Of a DNA stretch of 64,000 bases, positions 1-9,124 are shown piece after piece; position 1 is the stretch's first letter; each line of letters begins with the position of its first letter. Origin of the DNA: an uncultured Gemmatimonadales bacterium (GTDB taxonomy: Bacteria; Gemmatimonadota; Gemmatimonadetes; Gemmatimonadales; GWC2-71-9); the NCBI GenBank assembly GCA_963717315.1, contig CAVQWA010000056.1, positions 5,960 through 69,959 of the forward strand, given 5' to 3'. The position numbers and the translations under genes were made by a program. The notes below the pieces were generated by a model. That model searched no databases and had not been told where the DNA came from. It worked only from the letters and a program-made list of their open reading frames with translations.

Positions 1-2
1 AG

Positions 3-1151
3 TGCATCACCCTCTGCAACGAGATCCTGGCGGAGGACGAGGAGCGCGAGGTCTCGGAGAGCATCACCCGGGTCCCCTCCCCCAGCGAGATCAAGGCGGT
101 CCTCGACCAGTACGTGATCGGGCAGGAGCGCGCCAAGCGCACCCTGGCCGTCGCCGTCTACAACCACTTCAAGCGGGTCAACTCGGGGCCGCGCGACACC
201 GACGTCGAGCTGGAGAAGTCGAACATCCTGCTCCTCGGCCCGACCGGCGTCGGCAAGACCCTGCTGGCGCAGACCCTCGCCCGCATCCTCGACGTGCCGT
301 TCACCATCGCCGACGCCACCACGCTCACCGAGGCGGGGTACGTGGGCGAGGACGTGGAGAACATCCTCGTGCGGCTGCTCCAGGCCGGCGACTTCAACGT
401 CGCCGAGTGCGAGCGCGGCATCGTCTACATCGACGAGATCGACAAGATCGCCCGGAAGTCGGAGAACCCGAGCATCACGCGGGACGTGTCGGGCGAGGGG
501 GTGCAGCAGGCGCTGCTCAAGATCCTGGAGGGGACCATCGCCTCCGTGCCGCCGCAGGGCGGCCGGAAGCATCCCCAGCAGGAGTACATCCAGATCAACA
601 CCCGGGACATCCTGTTCGTCTGCGGCGGCGCCTTCGACGGGCTGGAGAAGATCATCGAGGCGCGGCAGGGCCGGCAGCGGATCGGCTTCGGGCAGGAGGA
701 GAAGAAGCCGCGCACCGGCCCGCCCCGCGGCGACGGCGCGTACGCCGACGTGGAGCCGGAGGACCTGCTCCGCTTCGGCCTGATCCCGGAGCTGGTCGGG
801 CGCCTGCCGGTGATGGTCTCCCTGGGCGCGCTGGACGAGGAGGCGCTGGTGCGCATCCTCACCGAGCCCAAGAACGCGCTCACCAAGCAGTACCAGCGGC
901 TCTTCGAGCTCGAGGACGTGGGGCTGACGTTCGACTCCGAGGCGCTCCGCGCGGTGGCGCACCACGCCATCTCCCGCGGCACCGGCGCCCGCGGGCTCCG
1001 CGCCATCCTCGAGACCATCATGACCGACCTGATGTTCGAGCTGCCCGACCGCGAGGACGTGCGCGAGGTCGTGATCACCAAGGAGAGCGTCACCGAGGGG
1101 CGCCCGCCCCTCGTGGTCACCGAGCGGGCCCGCACCAAGCGCGAAGCCTGA
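3..1151 (+). CDS. clpX: ATP-dependent Clp protease ATP-binding subunit ClpX (5' end outside window)
   Basis: Frame +3 is open from the window edge ([14 protein letters not shown]... precedes the listed 114..1151 ORF). Walker [26 protein letters not shown] and the sensor region are typical ClpX. Confidence 0.95.
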   Translation, partial: CITLCNEILAEDEEREVSESITRVPSPSEIKAVLDQYVIGQERAKRTLAVAVYNHFKRVNSGPRDTDVELEKSNILLLGPTGVGKTLLAQTLARILDVPFTIADATTLTEAGYVGEDVENILVRLLQAGDFNVAECERGIVYIDEIDKIARKSENPSITRDVSGEGVQQALLKILEGTIASVPPQGGRKHPQQEYIQINTRDILFVCGGAFDGLEKIIEARQGRQRIGFGQEEKKPRTGPPRGDGAYADVEPEDLLRFGLIPELVGRLPVMVSLGALDEEALVRILTEPKNALTKQYQRLFELEDVGLTFDSEALRAVAHHAISRGTGARGLRAILETIMTDLMFELPDREDVREVVITKESVTEGRPPLVVTERARTKREA

Positions 1152-1180
1152 GCGCGTCCTCCCCGCTCGCCGCCCTCCCG

Positions 1181-1762
1181 GTGGAGTTCGCCGGGAGCTT
1201 CCCCGACCCGCTCGTCCGCCTCGATCCCGCCCTGCCCGAGGTCGCCTTCGTCGGGCGCTCGAACGTCGGCAAGTCGAGCCTGATCAACCGGGTCCTCGGC
1301 CGGAAAGGGCTGGCCCGGGTCAGCCAGACCCCGGGCAAGACCACGCTCCTCAACGTCTACCGGCTCCCGGCGTTCTACCTCGTGGACCTGCCGGGCTACG
1401 GCTTCGCCAAGGCGAGCAAGCCGGAGCGCGCCGCCTACCGGCTGCTGCTGGAGCGCTACCTGCGCGAGCGCGCGTCCCTGGCCGGGGTGGTCTGGCTGCT
1501 CGACATCCGGCACGACCCGAGCGCCGAGGACGCCGGGTTCGGCGAGCTCCTGGCCGCCACCGGCGTGCCCACGCTGCCGGTGCTCACCAAGGGGGACAAG
1601 CTGGCCCAGGGCGCCCGGACGAAGCGCGCCCGGGAGCTGGGCCGGGCCCTCGGTGCGGAGGCCGAGCCCCCGCTCGTCACCAGCAGCAGCACCGGCCTCG
1701 GGATCGCCGATCTCGGGGCATCCATTCTCGCCGCCGTCGCCGGCGGAGGACCGACCCCGTGA
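1181..1762 (+). CDS. engB: ribosome biogenesis GTP-binding protein EngB/YsxC
   Basis: C-terminal part of the 2..1762 frame. G1 [10 protein letters not shown]3 DLPGYG, G4 TKGDK. GTG at 1181 is the first plausible start after the clpX stop; the start is uncertain. Confidence 0.85.
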   Translation: MEFAGSFPDPLVRLDPALPEVAFVGRSNVGKSSLINRVLGRKGLARVSQTPGKTTLLNVYRLPAFYLVDLPGYGFAKASKPERAAYRLLLERYLRERASLAGVVWLLDIRHDPSAEDAGFGELLAATGVPTLPVLTKGDKLAQGARTKRARELGRALGAEAEPPLVTSSSTGLGIADLGASILAAVAGGGPTP

Positions 1763-2406
1763 AGCGCACCCTCCCGCTGCTCGTCCTCGCCGCGCTCGCC
1801 GCCTGCGCGCCGGCCACCCGGGCCCAGACGCCGGACGATCGCGGGGACACCCTCCACGACGCCGCGCTGCCGCCGGTCGGGTTCGGGACCCTCTCCCAGA
1901 ACGACGTCTCGGTGCTCCTCCGCGACGACGAGATCGAGCTCCGCTTCCTCCCGCTCGACGAGCGGGTGATCCGGCTGCTCGCCCCCGACGCCTACCAGGC
2001 GCTCTCGGCCCTGGTGCGCCAGAACCAGCCCGCCATCGATTCCATCGCGAGCAGCCGCGGCCTGAGCTCGCCGGGCCTCGCGCTGGTGACCTTCTACGGC
2101 CGGGTGCCACGCGCGCGCTTCGACCCGCAGCTGGTGTCGCTGCAGGTCCGCGGCCACCAGATCTTCCCGCTCGGGACGGTGCCGATCGGCCCCGGTTTCT
2201 CCAACCGGGAGCTCGGGGTGCGCGGCCAGGCCCGCGCGATCTTCGTGTTCGAGGAGATCGTGCCGGTGATCGAGCCGTTCACCCTGGCCTACGGGACCCA
2301 GCAGTCCGCCGCGTGGGAGAGCCGCATCCAGCTCCTCTCCCGCGAACGGGGTCGGGCCGTCCGCCGGGCCCAGGCGGCGGACACGACGGGGAGCGGGGAG
2401 CAGTAG
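1759..2406 (+). CDS. hypothetical secreted protein or lipoprotein
   Basis: GTG start overlaps the engB stop (GTGA). N-terminus [18 protein letters not shown] has a signal peptide and a lipobox-like AAC. No family recognised. Confidence 0.7.
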   Translation: MKRTLPLLVLAALAACAPATRAQTPDDRGDTLHDAALPPVGFGTLSQNDVSVLLRDDEIELRFLPLDERVIRLLAPDAYQALSALVRQNQPAIDSIASSRGLSSPGLALVTFYGRVPRARFDPQLVSLQVRGHQIFPLGTVPIGPGFSNRELGVRGQARAIFVFEEIVPVIEPFTLAYGTQQSAAWESRIQLLSRERGRAVRRAQAADTTGSGEQ

Positions 2407-2409
2407 CCG

Positions 2410-2438
2410 GAAGAAGGGAGAGGGGAGAGGGGAGAGGG
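2410..2438. repeat. (GGGGAGA)n heptamer array, about 4 units
   Basis: gaagaagggagaggggagaggggagaggg lies directly after the stop at 2406. It has four G-runs (G-quadruplex-type pattern). Confidence 0.9.
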
Positions 2439-2462
2439 CCGCCCCACCGCCCCGAGTCACCG

Positions 2463-2921
2463 TCACGCCGGGTTCATCCCGTTCCCCGCTCCCCGTTCCC
2501 CGTTCCCCTGCTTCACCACCACCTGGTGCACCCCCAGCCCCAGGGCGAACACCACTCCCGTCCCGACGTGGATCCACTGCGCCACCGCCAGGAGCGGTGC
2601 TGCGGTGACCACCTGGATCAGGTAGCCCGTGAGCACCATCGGCGCGGTGGCGAGCACCGTCGTCACCCCGCTCCGCCGGCCCCATCCCACCCCCGACCGC
2701 CAGTGCCGCCAGATGTGACGGGTGGCGATCATCCCGATCGCGAAGAGCAGCAGCGGCGACACCACGATGTGCGCCTTCAGCACCACGGGCTGGAGCGGAT
2801 GGTTGATGACCGCCCACGGCTCGGCCGGCTCGAGGCCGTACTTCAGCCAGAGGTAGGCCAGCCCGGTCGCCACGGTGAGCAGCGAGGTCGTCCACACCGC
2901 CCAGCGCTCGAACCGGCTCAC
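2463..2921 (-). CDS. His-rich four-helix integral membrane protein (possible cytochrome-b/DUF4405-like redox subunit)
   Basis: Four hydrophobic segments with conserved-looking His (INHPLQ, KAHIVV, TRHIWRHW, WIHVG, GVHQVV). GTG start overlaps the upstream stop by 4 bp. The C-terminal GNGERGAGNG tail is encoded by a heptamer repeat. Confidence 0.7.
   Translation of the reverse strand: MSRFERWAVWTTSLLTVATGLAYLWLKYGLEPAEPWAVINHPLQPVVLKAHIVVSPLLLFAIGMIATRHIWRHWRSGVGWGRRSGVTTVLATAPMVLTGYLIQVVTAAPLLAVAQWIHVGTGVVFALGLGVHQVVVKQGNGERGAGNGMNPA
2478..2508. repeat. (CCCGTTC)n heptamer array, about 4 units (complement GGGGAAC-type)
   Basis: ccgttccccgctccccgttccccgttcccc. Partly complementary to the 2410..2438 array. 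Overlaps the 3' end of CDS 2463..2921. Confidence 0.9.
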
Positions 2922-3556
2922 CGGGCGTCCTCCGGGAACAGCACCGCGTGGAGCGCGAGCGCCCGGCGCGTGGCCGCCGTCACCGCCTCGGCGGTGAGGG
3001 TGGCGCCGGCGAGCGGCGGCACCCCGCCCCGGAGCGACAGCCCCTCGAGCGGCCGCCCCGCCAGCAGCGCGAGCCAGCCGGCCGGCGGCCGGTAATCGGG
3101 CGGCTCGTCGAACCGGAGCACCTCCACCCGCCGCACCGTGCCGCCGGGCGCCACCACGACCATCAGCACCTCGGAGAGGGTCCGCACCCGGTGCGCGTCG
3201 AAGTATGCCGTGCCCACCCGGGCACCATCCTTCCTGGCCACGTAGTACGTCACCACCGAGGGGGGCGCCACCGTGCCGCGGCCGGCCCTGGCCTGCACCG
3301 CCCCGAGCTGCGCCGGCGTCAGGAAGGCCGTCTGCCGCTCCACCTCGGCCCCGGGAAAGGCGAGCCGCAGCGCCTCGTCCTGGGTGAGGCGCTCCTGGGC
3401 GACGGCCGGCGTGGCCACGAGGGCGAGCATCAGGACGGCAGGGACGGCAGGGACGGCGAGACGGCGGGACGGCGGGTTGCGCCCCCCTCCCCGTTCCCCT
3501 CTCCCCTCTCCCTTCTCCCGTCTCACGTCTCCCGTCCCACTAGAAGAGGTACCCAA
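2918..3556 (-). CDS. exported FMN-binding domain protein (predicted ApbE flavinylation substrate)
   Basis: FMN_bind-like core with an AGATLT motif matching the (S/T)GA(T/S) flavinylation site. Has a SRRLAVPAVPAVLMLALVATPAVA-QE signal-like segment. Start ambiguous: TTG 3556, GTG 3526 or ATG 3430. The first ~30 codons are repeat-encoded. Confidence 0.75.
   Translation of the reverse strand: MGTSSSGTGDVRREKGEGRGERGGGRNPPSRRLAVPAVPAVLMLALVATPAVAQERLTQDEALRLAFPGAEVERQTAFLTPAQLGAVQARAGRGTVAPPSVVTYYVARKDGARVGTAYFDAHRVRTLSEVLMVVVAPGGTVRRVEVLRFDEPPDYRPPAGWLALLAGRPLEGLSLRGGVPPLAGATLTAEAVTAATRRALALHAVLFPEDAR
3432..3540. repeat. composite repeat block: (GGGACGGC)-like units followed by ~8 CCNTCTC-type heptamers
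   Basis: ggacggcagggacggcagggacggcgagacggcgggacggcggg ... cccctccccgttcccctctcccctctcccttctcccgtctcacgtctcccgtccc. Begins right at the porin stop codon. Confidence 0.9.
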
Positions 3557-4829
3557 GGTTCACGCTGAGCTGGTTCACCCCCGTGTCCGCCTCGTTGGCG
3601 TGCCACTGGTAGTCGGCCTTGAGCGCCACCTGCGGGATCGGCTTCCACATCGCGCCGAGCGAGACGACGGACCGCTCGTTCGCCGGGTCCCGCGCGAAGC
3701 CGGCCGGCACCTCGCGCTGGGTGTCGAGCCGCTCGTAGCGCAGGTAGGGGACCAGTTGATGCGAGGTGCGGGCGAAGCGGAGGACGTCGAACCCGCCCTG
3801 GAGGTACCAGCCGAGCGCCTCCTCGCCCACCGACTCCGCGCCGGCGAGCCCGTTGAGCTCGTTCACCTCCGCGGCGTCGTCGAGCGTGCTTCGCGCCACG
3901 AGTCCCCGGAGCTCGAGGCCGCCCCGACGGTATTCGGCGTGGCCCTCGAGGATCGTCGTCCGGGCGTCCACGACCACCGCGGGGTCGGACGGTAGGGTCG
4001 CCGCCTGCCCCGAGTTGCCGGCATACGCCGAGGCACCCAGCAGCAGGCCGGGCACGCCGGTCCAGTCCACCCGGCCGACGATCCCGAAGTCCTCCGCCAG
4101 CGAGTGCGACCCGTTCTGCCGCCCGCCGCGCAGGCCCGACGCGGTGAACCCCGCGGCGTCGAAGCCGGCCATCAGGTAGGCGCGCCAGGTGAAGTCGCCG
4201 AGGGACCCGAAGGCCCCGAGGCCGTTCTCCCGCCAGGTGGAGGGGATGATCTGTCGCTCGGTCTCCGGGCGCGCCGTGCCGAGGAAGACCGGTGGCTCGT
4301 GCAGCTCGTTGAGGAAGCCCATCGGGGCGAGGAGGAGGCCGCCGCGGAACCCGAATGCCGGCGAGAGGCGGTAGTCGAGGTAGGCGAACTCGACCGAGAC
4401 CTCGCCGCCTTCCCCGGTGGAGGCGTGCTCGAACTCGACCTCGGAGTTGAAGAGCAGCTTGTCGTTGAACTTGTAGCCGAAGTAGACGATGGCCCGGAGG
4501 TAGTCGAGCTCATCGAGCCGCCCGGAAGGCGCACCGTCCTCCCGTTCCGCGCCGAAGTTCTGGTAGAGGGCCTCGCCGTACCCGCCGATCGAGACGCCCT
4601 GGCGCACCCGGTAGACCTTCGACGCGGCCGGGCCGAAGCCCTCGGAGCTCGTATCCGCCTCCGCCACGACGTCCTTGCCGAGCTGCAATTCCTCGAGCGT
4701 GCGGGTGATCGCCTCGATCTGCTCCCGGAGCTTCCGGATCTCGGCGCTGTCGGCCTGCTGGGCGGCCGCGGGTGCGGCGGTGGCGAAGAGGGCGAGCGCG
4801 GCCAGGGCCGCGCGGGCAGGTCGGGACAA
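3540..4829 (-). CDS. outer-membrane porin-like beta-barrel protein
   Basis: TTG at 4829 gives the signal peptide MSRPARAALAALALFATAAPAAAQQ. A coiled-coil EIRKLREQIEAITRTLEELQ is followed by alternating beta-strand-like sequence ending in ...NLGYLF. The 772-aa ORF upstream of this point is an artefact. Confidence 0.75.
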   Translation of the reverse strand: MSRPARAALAALALFATAAPAAAQQADSAEIRKLREQIEAITRTLEELQLGKDVVAEADTSSEGFGPAASKVYRVRQGVSIGGYGEALYQNFGAEREDGAPSGRLDELDYLRAIVYFGYKFNDKLLFNSEVEFEHASTGEGGEVSVEFAYLDYRLSPAFGFRGGLLLAPMGFLNELHEPPVFLGTARPETERQIIPSTWRENGLGAFGSLGDFTWRAYLMAGFDAAGFTASGLRGGRQNGSHSLAEDFGIVGRVDWTGVPGLLLGASAYAGNSGQAATLPSDPAVVVDARTTILEGHAEYRRGGLELRGLVARSTLDDAAEVNELNGLAGAESVGEEALGWYLQGGFDVLRFARTSHQLVPYLRYERLDTQREVPAGFARDPANERSVVSLGAMWKPIPQVALKADYQWHANEADTGVNQLSVNLGYLF

Positions 4830-4831
4830 GG

Positions 4832-5758
4832 TCAGTGTGCTCCGGAAGGGGTGAAGGGGGAATGCAGCGTGACGCGCCCGTCGAGGGCCGCGCTCCACCG
4901 CGCGCGCGGCGCGGGCCCGTCCTCGAGGACGAGGATGCCCACGTCGGGATGCGTGGCGGCCCAAGCCAGGGCTGCGTCGGGGCCGAGCACGAAGAGCGCG
5001 GTGGAGAGGACGTCCGCGGCGAACGGGTCGACCGCCACGACGGTGATGCTGCCCCACGCCGGCGCGGGCCGCCCGGTGCGGGGGTCGAGCAGGTGACCGA
5101 TCGCAGCGCCGTTCACGACGACGCGGCGCTCGGACTGGGACGAAGTGGCGGCCGACCCGGTGATCCCGGCGATCGTGGCTGCGGGGCGATGCCGTTCGGC
5201 GGGATGGGCCACGAGGACGTCGCGCGGCGCGCCGGTCACGGCCACCTGCCCGCCGAAGTCGAGCATCGCGCCGAGGCCGCGCGCCCGGAGCGCGGCGAGC
5301 GCCGTGCGCAGGGCGAGCCCCTTGCCGAAGCCGCCCGAATCGAGCCAGGTGCGGGCATCGAGCCGGCGGAGGCAGGGGCCGGGACCGAGCTGCACGAGGT
5401 GCCATCCGGTCGCGGCGCGGGCGGCCTCGAGCTCGGCGGCCGACGGAACCCGCCCGGCGCCGCGGAGGTCCCACGCGTCCACCAGCGCCCCGATCGCGGG
5501 GTCGAACGCCCCGCCGGTGCGTTCCACCCAGTAGCCGGCCTCCGAGAGCGCCTCCGTCAGGCGAGTGGTGATCGTGACGCATTCCCCCACGGGGGCACGA
5601 TTCGCCCGCGCGAGCTCGGCCTCGGCGCGCCAGGTGGAGAGCACGGGCTCCCACCCTTCGACGGCAGCGAGGGCTTCCTCCGAGGCTGCGGCGGCCGCGG
5701 CGTGCGGTGCCCCGATCTCGATCCGGAGGGTCGTGCCCATCACCGCGGCCTCCCGCAC
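4832..5758 (-). CDS. apbE: FAD:protein FMN transferase ApbE
   Basis: Full-length ApbE-family similarity (MGTTLRIEI..., FDPAIGALVDAW, DSGGFGKGLAL, SSQSERRVV.NG..IGHLLDPRTG). GTG 5758 or ATG 5740 start. Confidence 0.9.
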   Translation of the reverse strand: MREAAVMGTTLRIEIGAPHAAAAAASEEALAAVEGWEPVLSTWRAEAELARANRAPVGECVTITTRLTEALSEAGYWVERTGGAFDPAIGALVDAWDLRGAGRVPSAAELEAARAATGWHLVQLGPGPCLRRLDARTWLDSGGFGKGLALRTALAALRARGLGAMLDFGGQVAVTGAPRDVLVAHPAERHRPAATIAGITGSAATSSQSERRVVVNGAAIGHLLDPRTGRPAPAWGSITVVAVDPFAADVLSTALFVLGPDAALAWAATHPDVGILVLEDGPAPRARWSAALDGRVTLHSPFTPSGAH

Positions 5759-5854
5759 GAAGGGTGCGGCGGCCGACTGGAGGAGGGCGGCGATGAGCGG
5801 GGCGGCGAGCAGGGGCGAATGAGGGAACGGGACGAGGATAAGTGAGAGCTATTC

Positions 5855-5873
5855 TCAAATGAAAATGACTATC
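5855..5873. promoter_or_regulatory. Fur-box-like site in an AT-rich island of the divergent apbE / acyltransferase promoter region
   Basis: tcaaATGAaAATgAcTATC matches 13 of 19 positions of GATAATGATAATCATTATC and contains a direct AAATGA AAATGA repeat. It lies in the only strongly AT-rich stretch seen in the window. Confidence 0.4.
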
Positions 5874-5977
5874 ATCCCATTGCCAAGTACTTTATTCGTG
5901 ATTCCATCCGCCGTCAACCGCGGCGTTTGCCTCCTCGCCCCCGGGGGTCTAGACTCCGGCGCTCAGGAGGCCTTCCC

Positions 5978-6829
5978 ATGCCATTGATGCCGCTTCGCAC
6001 CCTCACCCTGCCCCAGCCCGCCGCCGGCGCCTACGAGGCCTGGTTGGCCGAACTGGACGCCCGCCTCGGCGAGCCGGCGGCGGACTGGAACGCCATCTGC
6101 CGCGACACCCTCTTCCGGCTCTGGTACCCGGCCGAGTCGGACTGGGCGGCGCTGGTGGAGGACCCGGCCCTGCCCCTCGCGTCGCGCGCGGCGCTCCTCG
6201 CCCTCGACCCGCGCCACGTCACCCTCGAGCCGGAGTACTACGCGGACGTGGACCCGGTGAAGTTCGCCCGGGTGAAGCCGCTCCTCTGGCTCTGGTACTC
6301 GTTCGACCGCTCCCCCCTCGGCGGCCAGCACGTGGACCTCGGCGTGCGCTTCCGGCGGATGCTGGCGCCGCGGATCTTCAAGTCCTGCGGCGAGCGCTTC
6401 AAGTGCTTCCAGCACGTCGAGTTCTCCTACGGGTACAACCTCGAGGTGGGCGACGGCGTGGTGGTGCACCGCCACGTGCTGCTCGACGACCGGGGCGGCA
6501 TCCGGCTGGGCAACCGGGTGAGCGTGGCCGACTACGCCAACGTCTACAGTCACACGCACAGCATCGTGGACCAGGTGGACGTCACCCTGGCGAGGACGGT
6601 GCTCGACGACGACGTGCGCGTCACCTACCACGCCACGGTGCTGGCGGGGGTCCACGTGGGGGTGAACGGGATGGTCGGGGCGGGCGCGCTCGCCACCAAG
6701 GACGTGCGGCCCTACCACCTGAACGTGGGCGTGCCGGCCAAGTCCATCCGCGTGAAGCCGAATGCCCCGACGGAACTGGCGCGCACCGTGCGGACCGGCG
6801 GCGACGACGACGAGGACGACGACCGCTGA
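5978..6829 (+). CDS. hexapeptide-repeat (left-handed beta-helix) acyltransferase
   Basis: AGGAGG at 5965..5970 precedes ATG 5978. Hexapeptide repeats LEVGDGVVVHRHVLLDDRGGIRLGNRVSVADYANV...VGVNGMVGAGA. Acidic tail GGDDDEDDDR. Confidence 0.8.
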   Translation: MPLMPLRTLTLPQPAAGAYEAWLAELDARLGEPAADWNAICRDTLFRLWYPAESDWAALVEDPALPLASRAALLALDPRHVTLEPEYYADVDPVKFARVKPLLWLWYSFDRSPLGGQHVDLGVRFRRMLAPRIFKSCGERFKCFQHVEFSYGYNLEVGDGVVVHRHVLLDDRGGIRLGNRVSVADYANVYSHTHSIVDQVDVTLARTVLDDDVRVTYHATVLAGVHVGVNGMVGAGALATKDVRPYHLNVGVPAKSIRVKPNAPTELARTVRTGGDDDEDDDR

Positions 6830-6846
6830 GCGGCCCGGTCGCGTGG

Positions 6847-8883
6847 GTGCTGGTGGCCGGCGCCACGCTGCTGGGCGCCGCCGCCCTCGGCCTCGGGGGG
6901 GCGTGGCGCCGCGAGCGTGCCGCCCGCCTGGCCGCGGAGGCGGACCGGGACCGGGCGGCGCGCGAGCTGGACCGGCGGCTGAACGAACTCTTCTCCCTCC
7001 GGGAGCTGGGCTACGCGCTCGCGGCCTCGCTCCAGCTCGACCGGCTGTCCCGCGAGGTGGTGCGTTACGCCACCCGCTTCCTCCGCGCCCGCGGCGCGAT
7101 GCTCCTCCTCACCGAACCGGACGCCCACGCCCTCCGCGTTGCCGCGGCCGAGGGGACGCTGCTGGCGCACGCCGGCCGCCTCCTGCCCGACGCCGACGAC
7201 ACCATCGTGCTCCGCGCCATCGGCGAGGAGCACCTCCAGGTGGCCGCCGCGTCCGCGGGCGAGCCGGTGCGGCTGGGCGGCGGGATCACGGTGCAGTCGG
7301 CGGCGGTGGTGCCGCTCCGGGCCCACGGGGTGATGATGGGCGCGCTGGTGGTGGTGGACCGGGAGGAAGGGCCCTTCACCCCCGAGGACCTCTGGCTCCT
7401 CTCCACCGTGGCGACCCAGGTGGCGGTGGTGGTGGCGAACAGCCGCTTCTTCGAGCTGATCCGGCAGGGGAAGGAGGCGTGGGAGTCCACCTTCGACGCG
7501 CTCACCGCGGGCGTGGCCATCCTCGACACCGCGGGCCGGGTGCGGCGCGCGAACCGCGCGCTGGGCCAGCTCGTCGGGCTGGGCGAGCCGGCGCTGGTGG
7601 GGCGGCCGCTCGTCGGGTTCCTCTTCGACGTGCCCGGCGCGGCCGGCGGCTTCCTGGAGGACGCGGTGGCGGGTCGGCGCGCCGATCCGCTGGTGACCCG
7701 CTCCGACCGGCTGGGCCGCCTGCTCCGGCTCAACGCCGCGCCGGTGCCCGAGGCCGCCGGCTCCGGGGCGGCGGTGGTGCTGGTCGAGGACGTGACGGCC
7801 CAGCGGCGGATCGAGGAGCAGCTCATCCAGGCCGACAAGATGGGCGCGGTGGGCCAGCTCGTCTCCGGCGTGGCGCACGAGCTCAACAACCCGCTCGCGA
7901 GCATCGCCGGGCTGGCCGAGCTCCTGCTCGAGCAGGCCCCCGCGGGGGACCGGAACCGCGAGCACCTGCGGGTGATCCACGAGCAGGCGGAGCGGGCGGG
8001 GCGGATCGTCCGGAACCTGCTGACCTTCGCCCGGACAGGCACGCCCGAGAAGGGCATCGTGGACCTGAACGACATCGGCCGCCGCTCCGCCCAGCTGCTC
8101 GCGTACGAATTCCGGCTGCGCGGCGTGACCTTCGAGGAGCGGCTCCACGCCGCGCCGGTCGAGGTCCGCGGCGACCCGCACGAGCTGCAGCAGGCGGTGC
8201 TCAACCTTCTCACCAACGCGAGCTGGGCGGTGAGCGCGGAAGGGGGGCACGCGGGCCCGCGGGTCGTGAGCCTCGAGACCGGCGCCGAGGCCGGGGAGGC
8301 GTGGCTCCGGGTGTCCGACTCCGGCCCGGGGGTGCCCGAGGACCACGTGACCGACCTCTTCACGCCGTTCTTCACCACGAAGCCGCCCGGCAAGGGCACC
8401 GGGCTCGGGCTGCCGATCAGCTACGGCATCGTGAAGTCGCACGGGGGCCGGCTGGGGTACGAACGCGCGCCGGGCGGGGGCGCGGCGTTCACCATGCGAC
8501 TGCCCGTGACGGGTGAGGCCAGCCTGCCGCGGGCGCCGGTGGTGCTGGTGGCCGACACCGACCCGTGGGCGCTCCGCACGGCAAGCGCCGTGCTCACCGC
8601 CGAGCACGCGCGGGTGGTGACCGCCGCCACCGCCGAGGCGGCCCTCGCCGCCGTCCGGCAGGAGCGGTTCGACCTGGTGGTGGCGGACGTCCGGCTCGCG
8701 CTCCCGTCCGGCGTCCGGTTCCTCGCGGTGCTCGCCGACCCGGCCCTCGCCCCGCGCGCGACCCTCGGCATCGGCGGACCGGCCGACGCCGTGCCCGCCG
8801 CCCCCACGCCCTTCGCGATGCTCGTCCGGCCGTTCAGCCCGCGCGAGCTGCGCGAGGCGGCGAGGAGGCTGATGGACGGCTGA
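6847..8883 (+). CDS. hybrid sensor histidine kinase (TM-GAF-PAS-HisKA-HATPase_c plus C-terminal receiver-like domain)
   Basis: H-box SGVAHELNNPL, N-box LLTNASWA, G-boxes DSGPGV and GKGTGLGL. C-terminal VLVADTD...DLVVADVRL...LVRPF receiver-like region. Start GTG 6847, or CTG 6826 overlapping the upstream stop. Confidence 0.85.
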   Translation: MLVAGATLLGAAALGLGGAWRRERAARLAAEADRDRAARELDRRLNELFSLRELGYALAASLQLDRLSREVVRYATRFLRARGAMLLLTEPDAHALRVAAAEGTLLAHAGRLLPDADDTIVLRAIGEEHLQVAAASAGEPVRLGGGITVQSAAVVPLRAHGVMMGALVVVDREEGPFTPEDLWLLSTVATQVAVVVANSRFFELIRQGKEAWESTFDALTAGVAILDTAGRVRRANRALGQLVGLGEPALVGRPLVGFLFDVPGAAGGFLEDAVAGRRADPLVTRSDRLGRLLRLNAAPVPEAAGSGAAVVLVEDVTAQRRIEEQLIQADKMGAVGQLVSGVAHELNNPLASIAGLAELLLEQAPAGDRNREHLRVIHEQAERAGRIVRNLLTFARTGTPEKGIVDLNDIGRRSAQLLAYEFRLRGVTFEERLHAAPVEVRGDPHELQQAVLNLLTNASWAVSAEGGHAGPRVVSLETGAEAGEAWLRVSDSGPGVPEDHVTDLFTPFFTTKPPGKGTGLGLPISYGIVKSHGGRLGYERAPGGGAAFTMRLPVTGEASLPRAPVVLVADTDPWALRTASAVLTAEHARVVTAATAEAALAAVRQERFDLVVADVRLALPSGVRFLAVLADPALAPRATLGIGGPADAVPAAPTPFAMLVRPFSPRELREAARRLMDG

Positions 8884-8939
8884 CGGGAAGGCGGGACGCC
8901 GGGAGGACGTGGAGTCACCCGTCTTCCCGTCCTTCCGTC
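8882..8939. repeat. imperfect GGGA-rich inverted repeat (hairpin) after the kinase stop
   Basis: gacgggaaggcgggacgccgggaggacg ... cccgtcttcccgtccttccgtc. The outer gacgg(g)aagg / ccttccgtc and inner cggga / tcccg segments pair. Confidence 0.6.
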
Positions 8940-9037
8940 ATCCAGTCTCTCCGCCTCTCCGCCCTCCCCCGTGACCCGGGCGTGACCGCCCCCCCGCGTC
9001 CCGCCACTCCGTGACCAGACCGTTGCAGGTACGTGGC

Positions 9038-9067
9038 CTCCCCGTCTCGCCCGCCGGGGAGCTTTTC
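9038..9067 (+). terminator. stem-loop with T-tract (terminator or leader attenuator upstream of the TonB-dependent receptor)
   Basis: ctccccg-tctcgcccgc-cggggag followed by cttttc. 7-bp stem, 10-nt loop, T4. Lies about 60 bp before ATG 9125. Confidence 0.35.
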
Positions 9068-9124
9068 GTGCGCGACCGGCACGACCCCGCGGCGGCCCGG
9101 ACGGCCGTCACACGAACGACTGCG

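Noticed and set aside
425-3095. Long ORFs 425..2110(-), 1456..2895(-), 1653..3095(+) and 2..1762(+) as single genes
   Set aside because: Arg/Pro/Gly/Ala-rich translations with no family resemblance. They overlap well-supported clpX, engB and downstream genes in other frames. Stop-poor alternative frames are typical of a very GC-rich genome.
8884-9124. Cobalamin or other riboswitch in the 241-bp leader of the TonB-dependent receptor
   Set aside because: I could not find the B12-box or other conserved riboswitch cores. I saw only a GGGA-rich hairpin and one stem-loop with a T-tract.
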